Shown piece after piece: positions 23,411 through 37,231 of a DNA stretch of 64,000 nt. Position numbers and translations under genes: made by a program. Under the pieces are notes generated by a model. The model was given only the letters and a program-made list of their open reading frames with translations, was not told where the DNA came from and ran no database searches. The DNA is from Botryllus schlosseri (lineage: Eukaryota). Positions within the stretch are counted from its first letter, which is position 1. Every line of letters begins with the position of its first letter. The stretch lies in the NCBI GenBank assembly GCA_051294905.1, contig CM119373.1, positions 5,210,001 through 5,274,000 on the forward strand, written 5' to 3'.

Positions 23411-25047
23411 ATCCCGTGTCATCTTGAGTATCTTTATTTATGTTATTGTCGCCAATTTAATGCGTGGCGAGTATTAACTAGTCGTAGACTACGCTTCACA
23501 GCTGTAACACCAACGGATTCTTCACAGATTGCACATGTCTATTGTTATTGCACAGATCCATTATGTTCAAGTTGTTATTGATCTGTTCCAACATTCGAAG
23601 GTAAAATCAAACGCTGATTCTATTTGACTTCCGTAATGACATGTCAATATAGCCTAGTTATCAGGAGTAGACCTATGTTCGAAACCCGGAAATAAGGCCT
23701 ACTTTGAAATACATTGAATTCCCCTATTATTGGTGGTGCGGCCCGCGGCGCCATCAAAAATAGAAAATTGGCCCGCGAGCACATTTGAGTTTGAGACCTC
23801 TGTCTAAGACAATCAAAACGAAAATGAGTGAGTTTGGATCACAATTGTGATTTTAGAGTATGACTTTCAATGCTGTACTGGGAAAAAACGATTCGTGCGT
23901 ATGTTTGGTATCGTCCTCTATATGCGCAGTTAGTTGCAAATCATTCAGAACTTCGGTCTCTACTCATATAGTCCAAAGCAATACAAAAAGCGGAAAGTTG
24001 AAGATGAAAGCTGCTGCAATCAATAAATAATCAACTTACAGGTGTGCCTACTGCCGTTCCGGCGTCGATGGTAACGCAATACGTATTACTTGTCATAATA
24101 TGACATTATTGTTATGAATTCGTTGCTGCAATTCAAAACACCATTTGAATCCAGACATCCGAATTATAGACACAGCTTATCAAATTATGAGGTGCCAAAT
24201 AAATCAACGGAATTATGTTCGAGACAACAGGCAATTATGTTGATGTCGTCCTCACAAAAGAACGTGAAAAAGGCAAGTTGAATACAGTAAGCCCGACGGT
24301 GAAACTCATTCAAAGGTGACATGTTGGTGTCAGAACTGTGTGTTATTCTTAAGTTTAACCAGACGCAGAGTCAAGATATCTATAAGCCGAACGTTACTCA
24401 CGTATTCAAATTCCCATCCTATCAACCTTCTTTCATCCCTTATTTTGACAAATTGATTCAGGATGGCAAGTTTATGAAATCTTGGTAATATTTCTGACGC
24501 GCGTGCGTTATCATCAAATCAACATTTAAATTGTTTTAATATGCATTCATACGTACATTGTATATGCATTATCTCCACGTCTTCAGTTATAACTTTAAAT
24601 AAGGGGTCCTGAACGTATGGGTGGCGAAGGTTATAATTTTGGGTCGCTATGGCATCCGAGCGATCTTCTAATATGTAAAACTTGTTGAATTTCTTTTACC
24701 TACTTTAGGCCAATCAGCGAGACGCGTTGAAAAGTAATCACAACTACTTGGCTTGATCATATGAATGTGCCGACCGTTGTATTGGTTTGAATCCACCACA
24801 AGATTTGTCTGACCATGGTTTCTCCGAAAAACACTGTCGGGGCTGCTTTAGTGTAGGGTTATGTAGTGTGCAACAATCGGGTGCTGGTCTATGAGAGAGA
24901 GGACTTGCGAGGCCAACCCCTACAGCGCCAGAACACATGAAGACATTACGTTTTGGCCAGCATACCGATAGGTGAAGTACGGTGACAAAATATTGCCGGC
25001 GATAAAACCAAAATGACCGTCACTGATTGGCTAATACCTACGATATT

Positions 25048-25522
25048 AATATATATATATATATATATATAAATATCGACTTTCAATTAAATAATTACAT
25101 AAAAGGGCAAAAGAAAACAGGAAACAAAAGAACATCAAGATAATCCATTTTGGGCCCTTGTTAAGCGCCTCCACCGTGGGCGGTCGTGGGCGTCTTCGAG
25201 CGAAAGCCCTCGTTGCGCTAGCTCGGTCTCTATTGTCGAGCGCCATGTGGTTCTACTCCGGCCACCTCTGCGCCATGGCTCCGTCGGAGTGTGGTTGATG
25301 ATGGCGGCGGCTGGTTGATCGTCTTGATGCTGCACTAGATGACCGATTAGGCGGAAGCGTCGTTCAGCAGCCAGCAAACGGCATGGGACCGTTTTTGTAA
25401 GTTTGTGTAGAGCATTGGTGGATATGTGCTCCGGGTGGTGGATGCCGAGTGCGTATCGGAGGAGTGCATCGTAGTTGGCGTTGAGTGTCTTAGCCCTATT
25501 CTTAGTCTTAGTCTTAGTCTTA
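25048..25522 (-). mobile_element. RTE-clade LINE 3' fragment with (TA)n tail
   Basis: RRFRLIGHL...RRGGRSRTTW...AHDRPRWR resembles an RTE ORF C-terminus; the same 3' end occurs at 23085-23210; TATTAATAT at both flanks; (CTTAGT)n at the 5' junction. Confidence 0.7.
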
Positions 25523-26679
25523 TTAATATGACCGGTCGTCGAAATGGTTGGTACCGAATAGTCTGAGTAGAATGTCAGTACAAGTGCGACCCGTGGTCAA
25601 ATAATACACTCCAATTTGAAATCGTGTGAGTCAGACATGTTCAAGTTCATGGAGCTGCATTGCGTACGACTGCTGTCTGCGCGTTCTTTATATTGTATAC
25701 ATGCCTGTAAAAAGTAGCATAGTTGTATTTAAAATGCCTAAAATGTGATGTGTGAGGCTTGGGTCCCGAGAAGCGACTAAAACTCGGATTTATGTCTCAG
25801 TCAAAATGGTTGAAGAACCACTGCTTTATATCATCGCATAAAAGCTTGAGAACCACTGGTCTACGTCACAGTTTTTCAGACAATGGGCCGTTCACATCGG
25901 TAGGCCTATAAAGTAGGTTACAAAAGGTCAAATGTCAAATGATAAGTTCACCGACAATGCAAGCATCTATGGTACAAACGAAATGCAGGTTGCAAACTTT
26001 TTTTTGACTATGTGAACAAGTTAGACAAGTTTTACCTAACGCTACCATTTTGACAAAATTTTGACTTATTTTGACATCTCAAAAAGACATCACCGTACGC
26101 ATCACGAATCATATGTATGAGTTGAGTGTATGTCCTGAGTCTTGAGTTCCTGAAAACACCGTTTGAGAACCACTGATATACCTACTACGTGTGCATAATT
26201 CGCTATGCACCGACGAAGTAGGCTAATACTTGTCACAATGAGCAGCGGGGTTTGAAAACCCAACGTTTCTGCTATCAATAACCTGCTATAATATCGCATT
26301 ATATTTTATAGATTTTGTTTTATCATCTCCTAGTACTTCTTAAAGTTAAAAGTGATCGGTCTTTTACAAAGAAATCGATTAGATATGCGAAATATTCGAT
26401 TTGGATTACGATTACTTCGGATTCTTTCGAATATATTTGATTGATGTTACGATTACTTGAAATTGCTGTAATTGTCGTAATCGATCACGATTACTAATCA
26501 CGTCTACCCCATATCTGCTCGGTATATAACCTCTAATTTCCATATCCACTAAGCAGCATGTGATAACGATGTAATTCACTGCTTCCAATTCAGAAGTAAA
26601 ACTGTACGTCGCAGAATTCATTCCACATTTGTATTCTCAGCTCTAAATCAGTCTAGTTTAGTCGTCCAAATCTGTCGGC

Positions 26680-27261
26680 ACTGTCGTAGTCGCGTGTATG
26701 GCTTCGAAGTATCAAAAGTTGTTCACAAATATTTTTCCAATAGTCTGCCTACTGTGTTTGATGACTTTTTCATACCTGCTAAACATGTCCATTCCCATTA
26801 CACGAGATCCTCGTCTAAAAGAAACATCTACTTACCCCCACCCAATAGCAACCTAACTAAGAGATCTATCGACTACTCGGGACCTATCATCTGGAATGCA
26901 TTACCACCACATATCCGTGAATTGCCTTATAATAGATTCAAAAAAGCCCTACTTGATCACCTCTTGTCGTTACACTAACACTGTTGCCCTACCTCGCCCA
27001 GACATTGCTTCATTGATCATTTGCCACCATTGTTTGATTTTTTTTCTATTTTCCTTTAACTAAACATTTCTTTACAGCAAGACTGTTCAGAGTCAAGTGT
27101 ACCTGTTTGATGCTGGTGTGATCAGACTAGATGACCTTCACGGTCTTATCGATCATTAATATCTAATACCGAATACTGTGCACGCATATTTTCTGTACCA
27201 CCATCACTGCCGTTTGTTATGTATTTTAGTTCGATGAAAATAAAGACTCTCTCTCTCTCTC
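26680..27261 (+). mobile_element. CR1/L2-type LINE 3' fragment
   Basis: FDDFF...HSHYTRSS...SIDYSGPIIWNALP...FKK resembles the 7173-7454 peptide; 3' UTR ends AATAAA-G-A(CT)n. Confidence 0.8.
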
Positions 27262-28499
27262 ATTGACAGAAATAATAATAATGTAAACTCAACACTAAGC
27301 GGCACTTCATGTACTTGGAATTGTTTCAAGCAACTCCGTTGATGAGTGGAAATCTTAACCAGTCGTCCCTTAATGGGTATACATGAAATTCTGCCGTTTC
27401 ACGTAATGTGTTGCGGAGCTTACAATCTACAATATGTGAGGCGTACAGTAATATGAAACAGTCTAGCGGATGTTTCATTTAATATTCTCCGACACCCAGA
27501 TGTTATCCGGCGAACCTGGACACTCCAGAAAGTGTGGAAATGGCGACATAACAATGCTGTTATCTCTGAATGACTCTATTGCAGTTGTTGCGAGAACCGT
27601 GTACATACCAATTCATATCTAACCCCGCGTATACGCAATGCCACTTACGCTTATTATGTATTCATACTTACTATTATTTGTCTCCACGCACATGAATCCT
27701 AGCGCAAGCCATCGTTCGCTGAAAATCGGGGCTAATCACTTGCTACTCGATCATGCGGTAGCATACTGAACCAGGCAGGACATTACTCATAGCCTAGATT
27801 AAATATCTCAATTATAGTCACTATGCAATAACTACGGCAGTCATCCTGCAGTCAATAGTGATTTATCGACTAAGGTGAGAATGTCAGATGGTGACTTATT
27901 GTGTAGCGGAATTCTCATGTAGCGAATGCACATGAAATTATAATAAGCAGTCTACACAGGCAGGTGTCAGATTATCTGAAGATGAATACATAACACGTAC
28001 CTAACCGCTTTATACGTGATATGTACACTATTTGAATAAGAGGCGAGATACCAGAGATTGGCTGGGGAGACGCTATGGTCAATCAATTTATTTGGCTACG
28101 GGTACAGCAGGACAATATGACTTTCAACTTGCTATAATTCTAATCACATTTCATACGCGTAGTTATGAAGATAGTATTAAGAAAGCCCGTGCAGTTATCA
28201 ACCGCTCGAATTGGATTCATCAATTATGAATTCCAGCGGCGTACATAGTTACTTTATAATTACACCAGTCAAATCCATCAGACTCATCAATTCATCAACT
28301 CTAGACTCCAGCAGACCGGAGGTACCCGACGTCAACAGTATAACACAGTTGTTCTCAAACAGTTGGCACGCCCCCCTTGGGGGAGTGGAAGCATCTGAAG
28401 GGGGGCGCGGGCGCCGTCGTAAAGAAAGCTTTTTCGGATGTGGTGAAGTACAAAATGGAATGATATCCCTACATCAAATCATCTGCACCAGGTGGACCA

Positions 28500-29260
28500 T
28501 GGTGACAATTAAATTGATATTACGACCTTTGGTGCGAAAAGAATTCCAACAATTGGATTCCGTATCGAAAATCACAAATGTGTCTTCGATTTTAGCGGCG
28601 GTATAAGGTTATTTTACTACAAGAGGAGAAGAGATTACGCCTTAAATATATTAGCTAAAATAAGCCACAATGGTGACACTATAGCTTCACCGTCAATATG
28701 CCCATACAATATATTATTGAAACTAAATTATACGGAGCAAATTGCGGTTTTCATCAATTCAATGAAGATAGCCTACGAAAAAGAAGAGAGTAAAAGTGTG
28801 TTGTTATATATCATATCAGCGCAAATATTCCATGTCTCATTAAATAGCACGTTTGTGAAAAGGCTCTTTATGTCGAAAGAGCCTAGAAAATTATATGAAG
28901 CGCATAGCTGTGAACGTCGCATCTCATCAGCAAAAGTAAATAAATCGCGTATACGCAGTGGGGCCCGTACAATGCCCAAGCGGTACACTTAAGTCGATCA
29001 ACCACTTCGCTTTCTTATGTTGTGCTGACTGAGTCATGCTGATTATATGTGCGAATGGCTCATCGTCTTTATGCTATTTTGTAGTCCGTAATCCGTACAT
29101 CCGCGGTCGTTGAGGGCTAACAGACCTGACGGAGGTAAATGTTTCTGTCGATATTATATCGTCATTTTTCAACTTCCGAAGGCTTCGTTGTAACGCGCAT
29201 CAAATGTTGGGGTATTGTTATGCTCCTGTTATGGATTATATACCGTTTCAATAGCGAGAC
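28500..29260 (-). pseudogene. Decayed Penelope-like reverse transcriptase fragment
   Basis: Minus-strand remnants PRMYGL..K*HKD..P, SFDIKSLFTNV, FSFNN...IDGEAIVSPL...LANIF and EDTF, with stops and frameshifts. Confidence 0.75.
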
Positions 29261-30102
29261 ACACTCAGCGAAGATCGAAACAATTGTGGCGGTACTTTGA
29301 AAAACGAGATAAGTTTTTGCATTTTTTTTAAATATCTGGGACAGTAATAAGGTGACAAAAATAAGCTTTTGATTACTCTCCTAATTTGAAAAATACCTCC
29401 GTGGCATACCAGAAGGTCATGTGGGATCAGTGACAATGCTATATCTAAAGCGTGCAATATAATAATACACGTTGGTTTACTGCAGTGCTTTTCAACGTTT
29501 TTGAGCTCCATCCGCACTTTTTTTTGGAAAATAAATTTCATTCACACAAACCAACCGAAAATTGTTATAATAAAAAGAATATGAAGATACTTAACGATAT
29601 TGAGTTCGGATGTGCAACAAATATTACATACATATTAACAGACAGCCCTGCTACCGTGTCGACCTGAAATTATACCCTTTGCGGTCCATAGTTTAATGAT
29701 CCTTGAAGGAGTAAAAATTTGCGTTACAGTAACTTGCAAATGTGAGTCTTTTATGATGGGATTTACTACTATCCTTGTGCCTCACGCTAATCGAATTGTT
29801 ATTACAAAAATATGATGATTGTTCAGCGAAAGAATGCAGAAAGTCATTATGACGTCTCTTTCCCAGCCTGTCGCCGGCTCAAACGGGCTGATACACTGTA
29901 TGTCTGCTACTACACTCGCTTTCGAACCAGGCGTTTCGTTACGTAATATGCATAGTGTACGAATATTAATTCACTACGGTTTGTGAGCGACAAAGTTTAT
30001 TGTTAAAGCTACGGTCGGTGGTGAGTGGTAAGTCAAACAAGTTTTTAAAATTGCATCGCAACTACAAAAGTTGAAGACACGCTGCTTTTAGATATTCTAT
30101 AG

Positions 30103-31641
30103 CAGTGGTTCTTAACCTTGCCACCAGCGCCCCCCAGGGGGCGCTGGTGAACTTGAAGGGGGGCGGAAACGCTCAGGGGGCGATATGGGGGGCGCTGGGC
30201 TCAGGGGGGCGGTATGGGGGGGCGCTGGAGAAAAATGGCTTCGCAGTAGATGATGTGGTGATAGGACATATCCTTAATGAGTATTCAGAGCAAATTAACA
30301 CCGAAAACGTCGTTACATATAGCCTTCAAAATACATATAGGTTTAATTGTCCATGAACGCCTAAATGACTGACACCGAATGTTCCTGTCTTGGCAATCAG
30401 AACCCCAGAAGACGAATTCCATCTGGCAGGTAAAAATTATATGTCAGTAAGGAAATATCAATCTGAAATCGTTTGCGTCTTTTAGTTTAGTACGATTGGG
30501 CGACAGGTATATTCCTGTTGGACGATATCCCCGTTGAGCGATTCTATATTTTTTGATATTGCAGACAGGGGGTCACGAAATAACATCATGCAACGAAGTC
30601 ATACCAACGGGTTCGCCCGCCCGAATATGTTTAATTATTAGTAACGGGTCCTACAGTTTCCAAGAAACCTCACAATGTTCGCTTTAAGTTTTGATGAGTC
30701 TGCGCACACTCAACAACTCACTGCGCTGACCCTTGGACAACAGTGCGTAACGACTAAAATAAGGTAATAACTCCGGATTTGTTGTGCGCAACGTAGATTT
30801 TCTGTGTGCAGAGACCGTGTCAGCACTGCGCGCGTGCGCAGCTTGGAGGGAACATTGCACCTCACTTAGCTCTATACCGGTAAATGTGTTTACGTGAGCA
30901 GAGAGAGGATAAAAATTGATCTCAATTTACATGTAATTCCCGATGATATTGACCAATTCAATCATTAATTAGTGAAATTTTTCGCACTTCGCGCGAATAG
31001 GCGAGAATAGCTGCCTCAGTAAATGGACACGCAATGTAGATACCTAATAGGCTATCAGCAAATAGCGGACAGCCTAGTGGGGGTCTGGGAGGGAAGTCCC
31101 CCGGAAGTTTGGTTTATCACCCGATGGGGGCCCAGGACCAACGTCTTTTGTTTGGGGGGGGGGCTGTTACGGCCCTGGTAACGAATAATTGTACCTGCGA
31201 GCACGCCCGAATATGTTTAAATAATAATTACGTGCCCTGTATTTTCCTATACAACAGCTCACTCAGTGCTACTGGTAAATCTGATTACGTGGGCTGAGAG
31301 GATAAAAAGTTTATATGGCGACTTATATATGTAATTATCACCTATCCATTCATGTATTATGGAAAAGTTTGGTACTTAGGGCGACCAGGCCACACAAACT
31401 TTGCTGACCATCAAATCACGATATGGGGTTCGTGGGGCGAAGCCCTTAGAAGTTCGGTTTATCACGCTATGGGTGCGCAAGGCAATCGTTTTTAGGGGGG
31501 TTAACGAAGTGCTGTTACGGCCCTCCCTCTTACTCATTGTCTTTATTACATTCCTTGAAATATGAAGTTGGGGGGGGGGGGCGCTGGAGCACAATAATTT
31601 TTGAAAGGGGGCGCTGGAAGAAAAAAGGTTAAGAACCACTG
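30103..31641. mobile_element. hAT-type MITE with GGGGGCG arrays carrying captured sequence
   Basis: TIR CAGTGGTTCTTAACCTT/AAGGTTAAGAACCACTG; TSD TTCTATAG/TTCTGTAA (6 of 8 match); nested CAATGTTC MITE at about 30673-30857. Confidence 0.8.
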
Positions 31642-31957
31642 TTCTGTAAGGTTTATTTCAATTATTACACGTCAGAAAATTTAACAATTATTTACGATTT
31701 TCATCAGCACTCATCCCTGGATTTTCATTCGCACCGTTCGCACCACCTTCGTCATTGGCACTGCAATTTTTTTTCATTCGCACGAGTGCGAACCGTCACA
31801 CAGGCTCTGGTTTACTCCATTCGGGTGTAAGTGAATATATATAATTTCCATTCAACTTCTCTTACTTATGAGTGATCTATTGAGAGATTTGCATTATTGA
31901 TCTCGTCTTTGTGTTCGAATGGCCGTCCCTTCGGCGCAACTTAAATTTGTCTTACAG

Positions 31958-32634
31958 CAGTGTTTCCATTTTTTTGAGCTGCCGCCCCCTGGACAACGAA
32001 TAAAGCTTGATAATTGGAACAGTTCACGTGTGACAAAATTTCGTTGAAATACGGTGTCATTTTCGCCTTTATCAGGTTTCATCATTACTAAGAACGGATA
32101 TATATTCTACTCAATTTTTTTTGAAAATATGCCCGTCAAGTAGAAGATATATCGTTTGTCGCAACGTGAATGCCGTGTCGAAGGCAATGGTCGCAGCAAT
32201 GTGGAAAATCCATGATCGTCTGAAACAGAGATTAAAATGACGGAAGACAGTTTATTTTAAAAAGCCACCACACCTTACAGCGAGCCATCAACAACTGCTC
32301 AAATACTTCGTAGTTCTCACAGCACACACTTTTTTGCGATTCTGTCTACCGCTAAATTAGTCCAGTGATGAGCAGGATCAACGTTGTCAAGTAACAATGG
32401 ACTGTTTTGGTACAGCTGAATAAATATACGGACCCTATATACCCTAAATTGCCCTCATTGAATCGATTTTGCATTTTTACTGCATATTTAGCTGCTGTAT
32501 TTATCAATTGTTTCAACACTACGTAGCAGTTGCCTTCTTAACCTACACCACCCCCACTTTGTCTCAGCGCCCCCAATCGGCCAATTCATTGCCGAAGACC
32601 CTGGGGGTGCTGGCGCCCACTTCGGGAACCAATG
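31958..32634. mobile_element. hAT-type MITE
   Basis: CAGTGTTTCC/GGAACCAATG ends; TSD TCTTACAG/TCTTAGAT. The paralogous site near 5915 is empty. Confidence 0.7.
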
Positions 32635-33203
32635 TCTTAGATGAACAAGAGCCCCTGTTCGACAAATGACTAATAAATGTTCCAACCTTACTCATTCCAA
32701 TTCTGCCTTCAGTTAAAATATGCAACACATCCATTGTAGTGAAAGGGCTTTGTCAAATACGAATACGCGGAACAATTTCGTGTATAGTTGTGAGATGAGA
32801 GCATTATTTCAAGTAGGCTATGGTATTTCAGTAAAGATCGTCTGATAACTAGTACTCATTAGTTATAGTAGTTTTGTGTAATAGTGGAAGTTATGGTTCT
32901 AATATGATTATAAAATAGTTACATATTTTGGTTGCATTGATTACATGTTTGGTAAAATGTAATATATTCCTGAAACATCAATTATATATGATCTGCGATA
33001 TGGCATGTGCCATATAGGGTCAGGAATTGTTGCGAATGTGACGTATAGAAATAGTTCACTGCTGTCAGATATCATACACTAATATTACTGTTATGTGTTA
33101 TGGAATAGCAGTATAGAGACTCGTAAAGTTCTGGTTAGGTAGATTCAACAATATTCGAAATCTCTCGATCCATTTTGCTCATCGACTACACTGAATTAAA
33201 GCA

Positions 33204-33257
33204 ATTGACGCAGGTGGAGAATTATATTCACTATGGACGCAACTATAAAGTATAAAA
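33204..33257 (+). promoter_or_regulatory. Lectin gene 2 promoter: conserved TGACGCAGGTG block and double TATA
   Basis: TATAAAGTATAAAA at 33244-33257, about 75-90 nt upstream of the ATG; the block is conserved in the duplicate at 17808. Confidence 0.65.
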
Positions 33258-33331
33258 TGAGAAATGTATAAACTGAAATTGCAACAAATCTTTCAGTTCT
33301 AGATCTAAAAATAGGAAGATCGATAAGCAAG

Positions 33332-33395
33332 ATGTTGGAAACGGCTTTTGTCGTCACTAATTTCTTATGGATGTTGTTTATTTTCCGATACGCCG
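33332..33395 (+). CDS. Lectin gene 2 exon 1 (signal peptide)
   Basis: AAGATG start; hydrophobic MLETAFVVTNFLWMLFIFRYA; consensus phase-1 donor G|GTAAGT. It joins exon 2 in frame to give RYAGVEG, a plausible cleavage site. Linkage across the ~10.9-kb intron is inferred. Confidence 0.7.
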
Positions 33396-36300
33396 GTAAG
33401 TGAAGAGTGGTTTCTGGTCATTATTAATCGTCACCTAACTTTTTTGTATATAAATTACTGTCCTAGTCCTGAGGTTGGTAGCGTATAAAGATAGCGATGT
33501 TGACTTTTCGAGAAAACTGTAATTAATAGCAATAGCATAGCTTATATGACCATTGTCCATGTGTGCAAATCAACTTTAGTCACTTAATTGTCGGAGATGA
33601 CATGTTTGCTATATATTTTTAACCGTAGGCCTATGTCTGAAATAGTCGGGGAGTATCTAAATATTCGTTCTGTATTCGAATAGCGCTTTGATCCACGAAT
33701 CTTAGCTAGATAGTTAGATTATCGCGTTTAATTACATCGCCTGTTTAATCTACAGATTGCGTGATTTCATCAGATGCAAATGAAAATCAATGCTTTGTAA
33801 GTACAATTCGATTTCCAATTTTGCAGTCAACGATACAGCAGCAGCATTGCACATGAATGCGGAGATTAGTGATACTATAAAGCACGTGGCGAATAACATA
33901 AATTAAAGTTCAGATATCCAAAATTTTATGTCGTAGGTGGTGGCAATAATCGCAATTTTAGAGATTTTATAGGTTCAAAGGCGTTTTTCGTTGCATTCGT
34001 GATGGCGATAGTTCCGAAATTGCAACTTATTGTCCTGAACTATAATCGGGGAGCGGTGAGATACTACATTATATTAGGCGACGCAATTAGATACTCGGAT
34101 GCAGATCTATATTATGAAAGATCCGATTTATGTCCGAATTTCCGATTGACGAAGAATTAACAAAATTATATCCAACAGAAAAACCAACCTATATTTTTCA
34201 ACATTACATATTTAGGTTTGGCCAATTTGTTTTAGATAAATGACGTTGTTAAGCACCTAATCTTCAAATGTGTTACTTGTAACAGGATATATCAAGTAAG
34301 TTCATTGCCGTTTCGTTTGACTATTCAGTTGGAAAGTGAGATGACCACAGCCTGCATGATTCTTTATAAGTTCCGTCAATTATTTTGCTGTTGCCTGGTA
34401 GCCTAATGCTGATTGACGTACATGAAAAAAAAACTTCATTTTAACGAAATCTCCACTTATGAAGAATTCAAGTAATTATTACGCATCATTGTACAAATAA
34501 TTAAAATTTATTATCTACTCTAAAACGTCCGTCACATTCCACGAATTGACTACACAAGAATCAAAACAGTTAACTTAACCATTTGGGTGTCTGCGAAACT
34601 CTCTCGGAAACTCTCATTAGTCATTAGTCATTTTATGTAAATCGCGGAGATGCATATAGCCACCTACGATTAACCGTTAAACGTATGCGAGTCCTCGAAC
34701 AGTATACTTTCAAAACCATCAATAAAAATCAGTGTTCACTTTCGACTTCCACATGAACTAAAGTCTTGACATTTCTTTTAAATCTCCTACGTATAACCAA
34801 CTATACATTTATTGCAATATTTGCATTACCTCATCCACTTACGTTGCAACACTGACTACTTTGACCATCTAGGTTGTCCATGAAATGTTCATTCATTGTC
34901 ACACGCCCGCTTCACTATCGGCATAGACCAGGACTCGGCCCGCGACTGGATTTTGGGCGGCGCGCAGATAGTTTCCGTACATACGTGATAATGTGGCCCA
35001 CGCCCAGAGTCTGCCACAATTCCCCACTATTTGCTTACGACGTCAAAATATAGTGCCGGTAGGTCATTTTTGAGTCCTTTGTTTTCTTTCTGTTCTTTGA
35101 TTCTTTATTTCCGGTTTTAGTCACGTGACAAGCATGTTATGTTCCGTCACAATAGGCCTTTAAGATTTTTCCTTCAATCTCATGCCTTGCCTCAAGCTGG
35201 TAAAATAGAGCAAAGTGAAATTCGGGTGCATTAGCAAGGGCAGAAGTGACAAAAGTAATAGTGATTGTTTAATGTTCTTCAGTTCTTCGTTTACTCTGTG
35301 TGTGTACTGTGTACATTCTTTGTTTACAGGTAAAATTGACTAGGAATTGACATTAACAAGACAAAGCTGTGTTCCAATCTGATGTTGATTGATGTTCACA
35401 TGCAGTCTATATAAAGGGTTACTACGTCGTAGATGCAGCCAGAGTTCAAAGAACTTGTTGACAACTTTGATGGACCACATAGATGCCTCATTGACTTCGA
35501 ATAGTATTGACTTACATTACGCTACCAAATTACATAAATACTGTTTTTGGTCTCTATGTTATAAACCTAAGGTTTACATTAAATACGATGTATTCCTTGT
35601 ATGGCAGATAAATACCCGATTAATGTATCGATTCAGGAAAGCGGCCCGCCAAGTAATTCATTTTCTTATATCTAGCCCGCTGACAGGAGAAGTTGCCCGC
35701 CCGTAACGTAGACGCCCTTTTCAAAATGGTCCGGCATGAATTTGAGTTTGTTTAATACGCGTGCACAATGACTCGAGTACAAGTCGATTCAACACAAAAA
35801 TTGATTCGAGTCGAGTCAAGTGATTCATCGCATTTGAAAAAATGACTCGAGTCAAGTCGAGTCACCATGAAATCGCGACTCGAGTCACTTAAAACCCGGA
35901 AAGAAGGCCCGAGGAATCAAAATCCATGCAAATAGACACACAAAAAAAATTTACCTCGATTTACCGCGAAATGTCTGGAAGCAGGGTGGCCAGCCACTTG
36001 GCAGTAATATAACATTACCGTCACTCAATGTAAATTCAACTTACACCCGTCCGGCAATCCAGCTTTACATACCAGACGGTAATGTTACAGTCACATCTGG
36101 TATATTCAATCTACATTCTCTCCTGTACATTTACGAGCGAGACTGTAATTTTACCGCCTACCTAGTATCTACAACCCTACATGCTGTCCTTTGTAAATCA
36201 GATTACATGACAGCTTATAAATTCACATGCATCCATTCCATACCTATCCCAAAGCAACGCGATGCCAATATCCCGCAAAAGTTTCTTCACGCTCTAAAAA

Positions 36301-36715
36301 CGACATTGGGGCAACTGTATAATATATAACAGTGTATATTCATTCATGATTCATGATGAAAAAGTATTGCTGCTGGAGGTCTAATTCTTCTTTAGGAGGA
36401 ATGCAAATATAGCACAAGTGGTCCCAAGAAAAGGTGAATTAATTCCACCACCGGATAAACTTCCAATTGTGTCTTTTTCTCGTCTTCATTCCTTCTGTGT
36501 GACTAGTATCTTGCAGTTCCACTAAAAAGAACTCATGCGTAAGTCGCTATATTAAGCAAAGTTCCTAACCTAGACATGACATTACAATAACTACTAAGAC
36601 AAATAGGCTAACAAAAATATACAAATTTTTGAAGTACCGGTACTGGTACATTGTGTGATAACGGCTCCGCCTTTTACATGATATAGCAGAGATTCATGAC
36701 TTACTTTATCTAATG

Positions 36716-37231
36716 CAGCGGTTCTCAACCTTTTGGACATGCGCCACCCTCGGCGATGGCCAAAAAGTTTGCGTCCCCCTGCACTTATCGTCACGTCAAA
36801 AACAGCACATCATCTAAAACAGAGATGGGCAACCTTTTTGCTAATCACGGTCACATTTCAATTACTTAAGTAGGGCAAGGTCGCATTACAGGGCATAGCT
36901 GCCGCATAGCAACCTATATTGCATCTAAGTCTGTCTTAAGCAGTGCAGTTCGCCAGCTATTACCAACAGCTACCCAGCGCACTGAGCTTCAGGATACTGC
37001 CAAATCTATGAAGTAATGAATGACTTACACGCGTGAATTGCTCTAAATCTTAAAAGAATATCAAAAATTTGCTCAAATGAAGTTGAGTGCGACTGCTGGA
37101 GTTTGAATTTGGCGAGCGTTCTTAAATACGAAATAGGTTTCTTCTTCTGAAAATGGTTGTGAAACACATGTTTAGTCAGAATTCAAACAGACTTAGTCAA
37201 TTTCTCGCGCCCCGCAGGTTGAGAACCACTG
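36716..37231. mobile_element. hAT-type MITE
   Basis: TIR CAGCGGTTCTCAACC/GGTTGAGAACCACTG; TSD ATCTAATG on both sides. Confidence 0.9.

Larger units (their letters stand above)
18471..23802. mobile_element. hAT-Charlie-like MITE expanded by nested insertions
   Basis: TIR CAGAGGTCTCAAAC/GTTTGAGACCTCTG with GCGGCCCGC arrays; TSD not conserved. An inverted relative lies at about 55126-55828. Confidence 0.7.

Noticed and set aside
24042..24320. Possible second exon for the orphan first exon (ttacAG|GTGTGCCT...)
   Set aside because: No clear similarity to the linker exons, an early stop, and no downstream SUEL exon.
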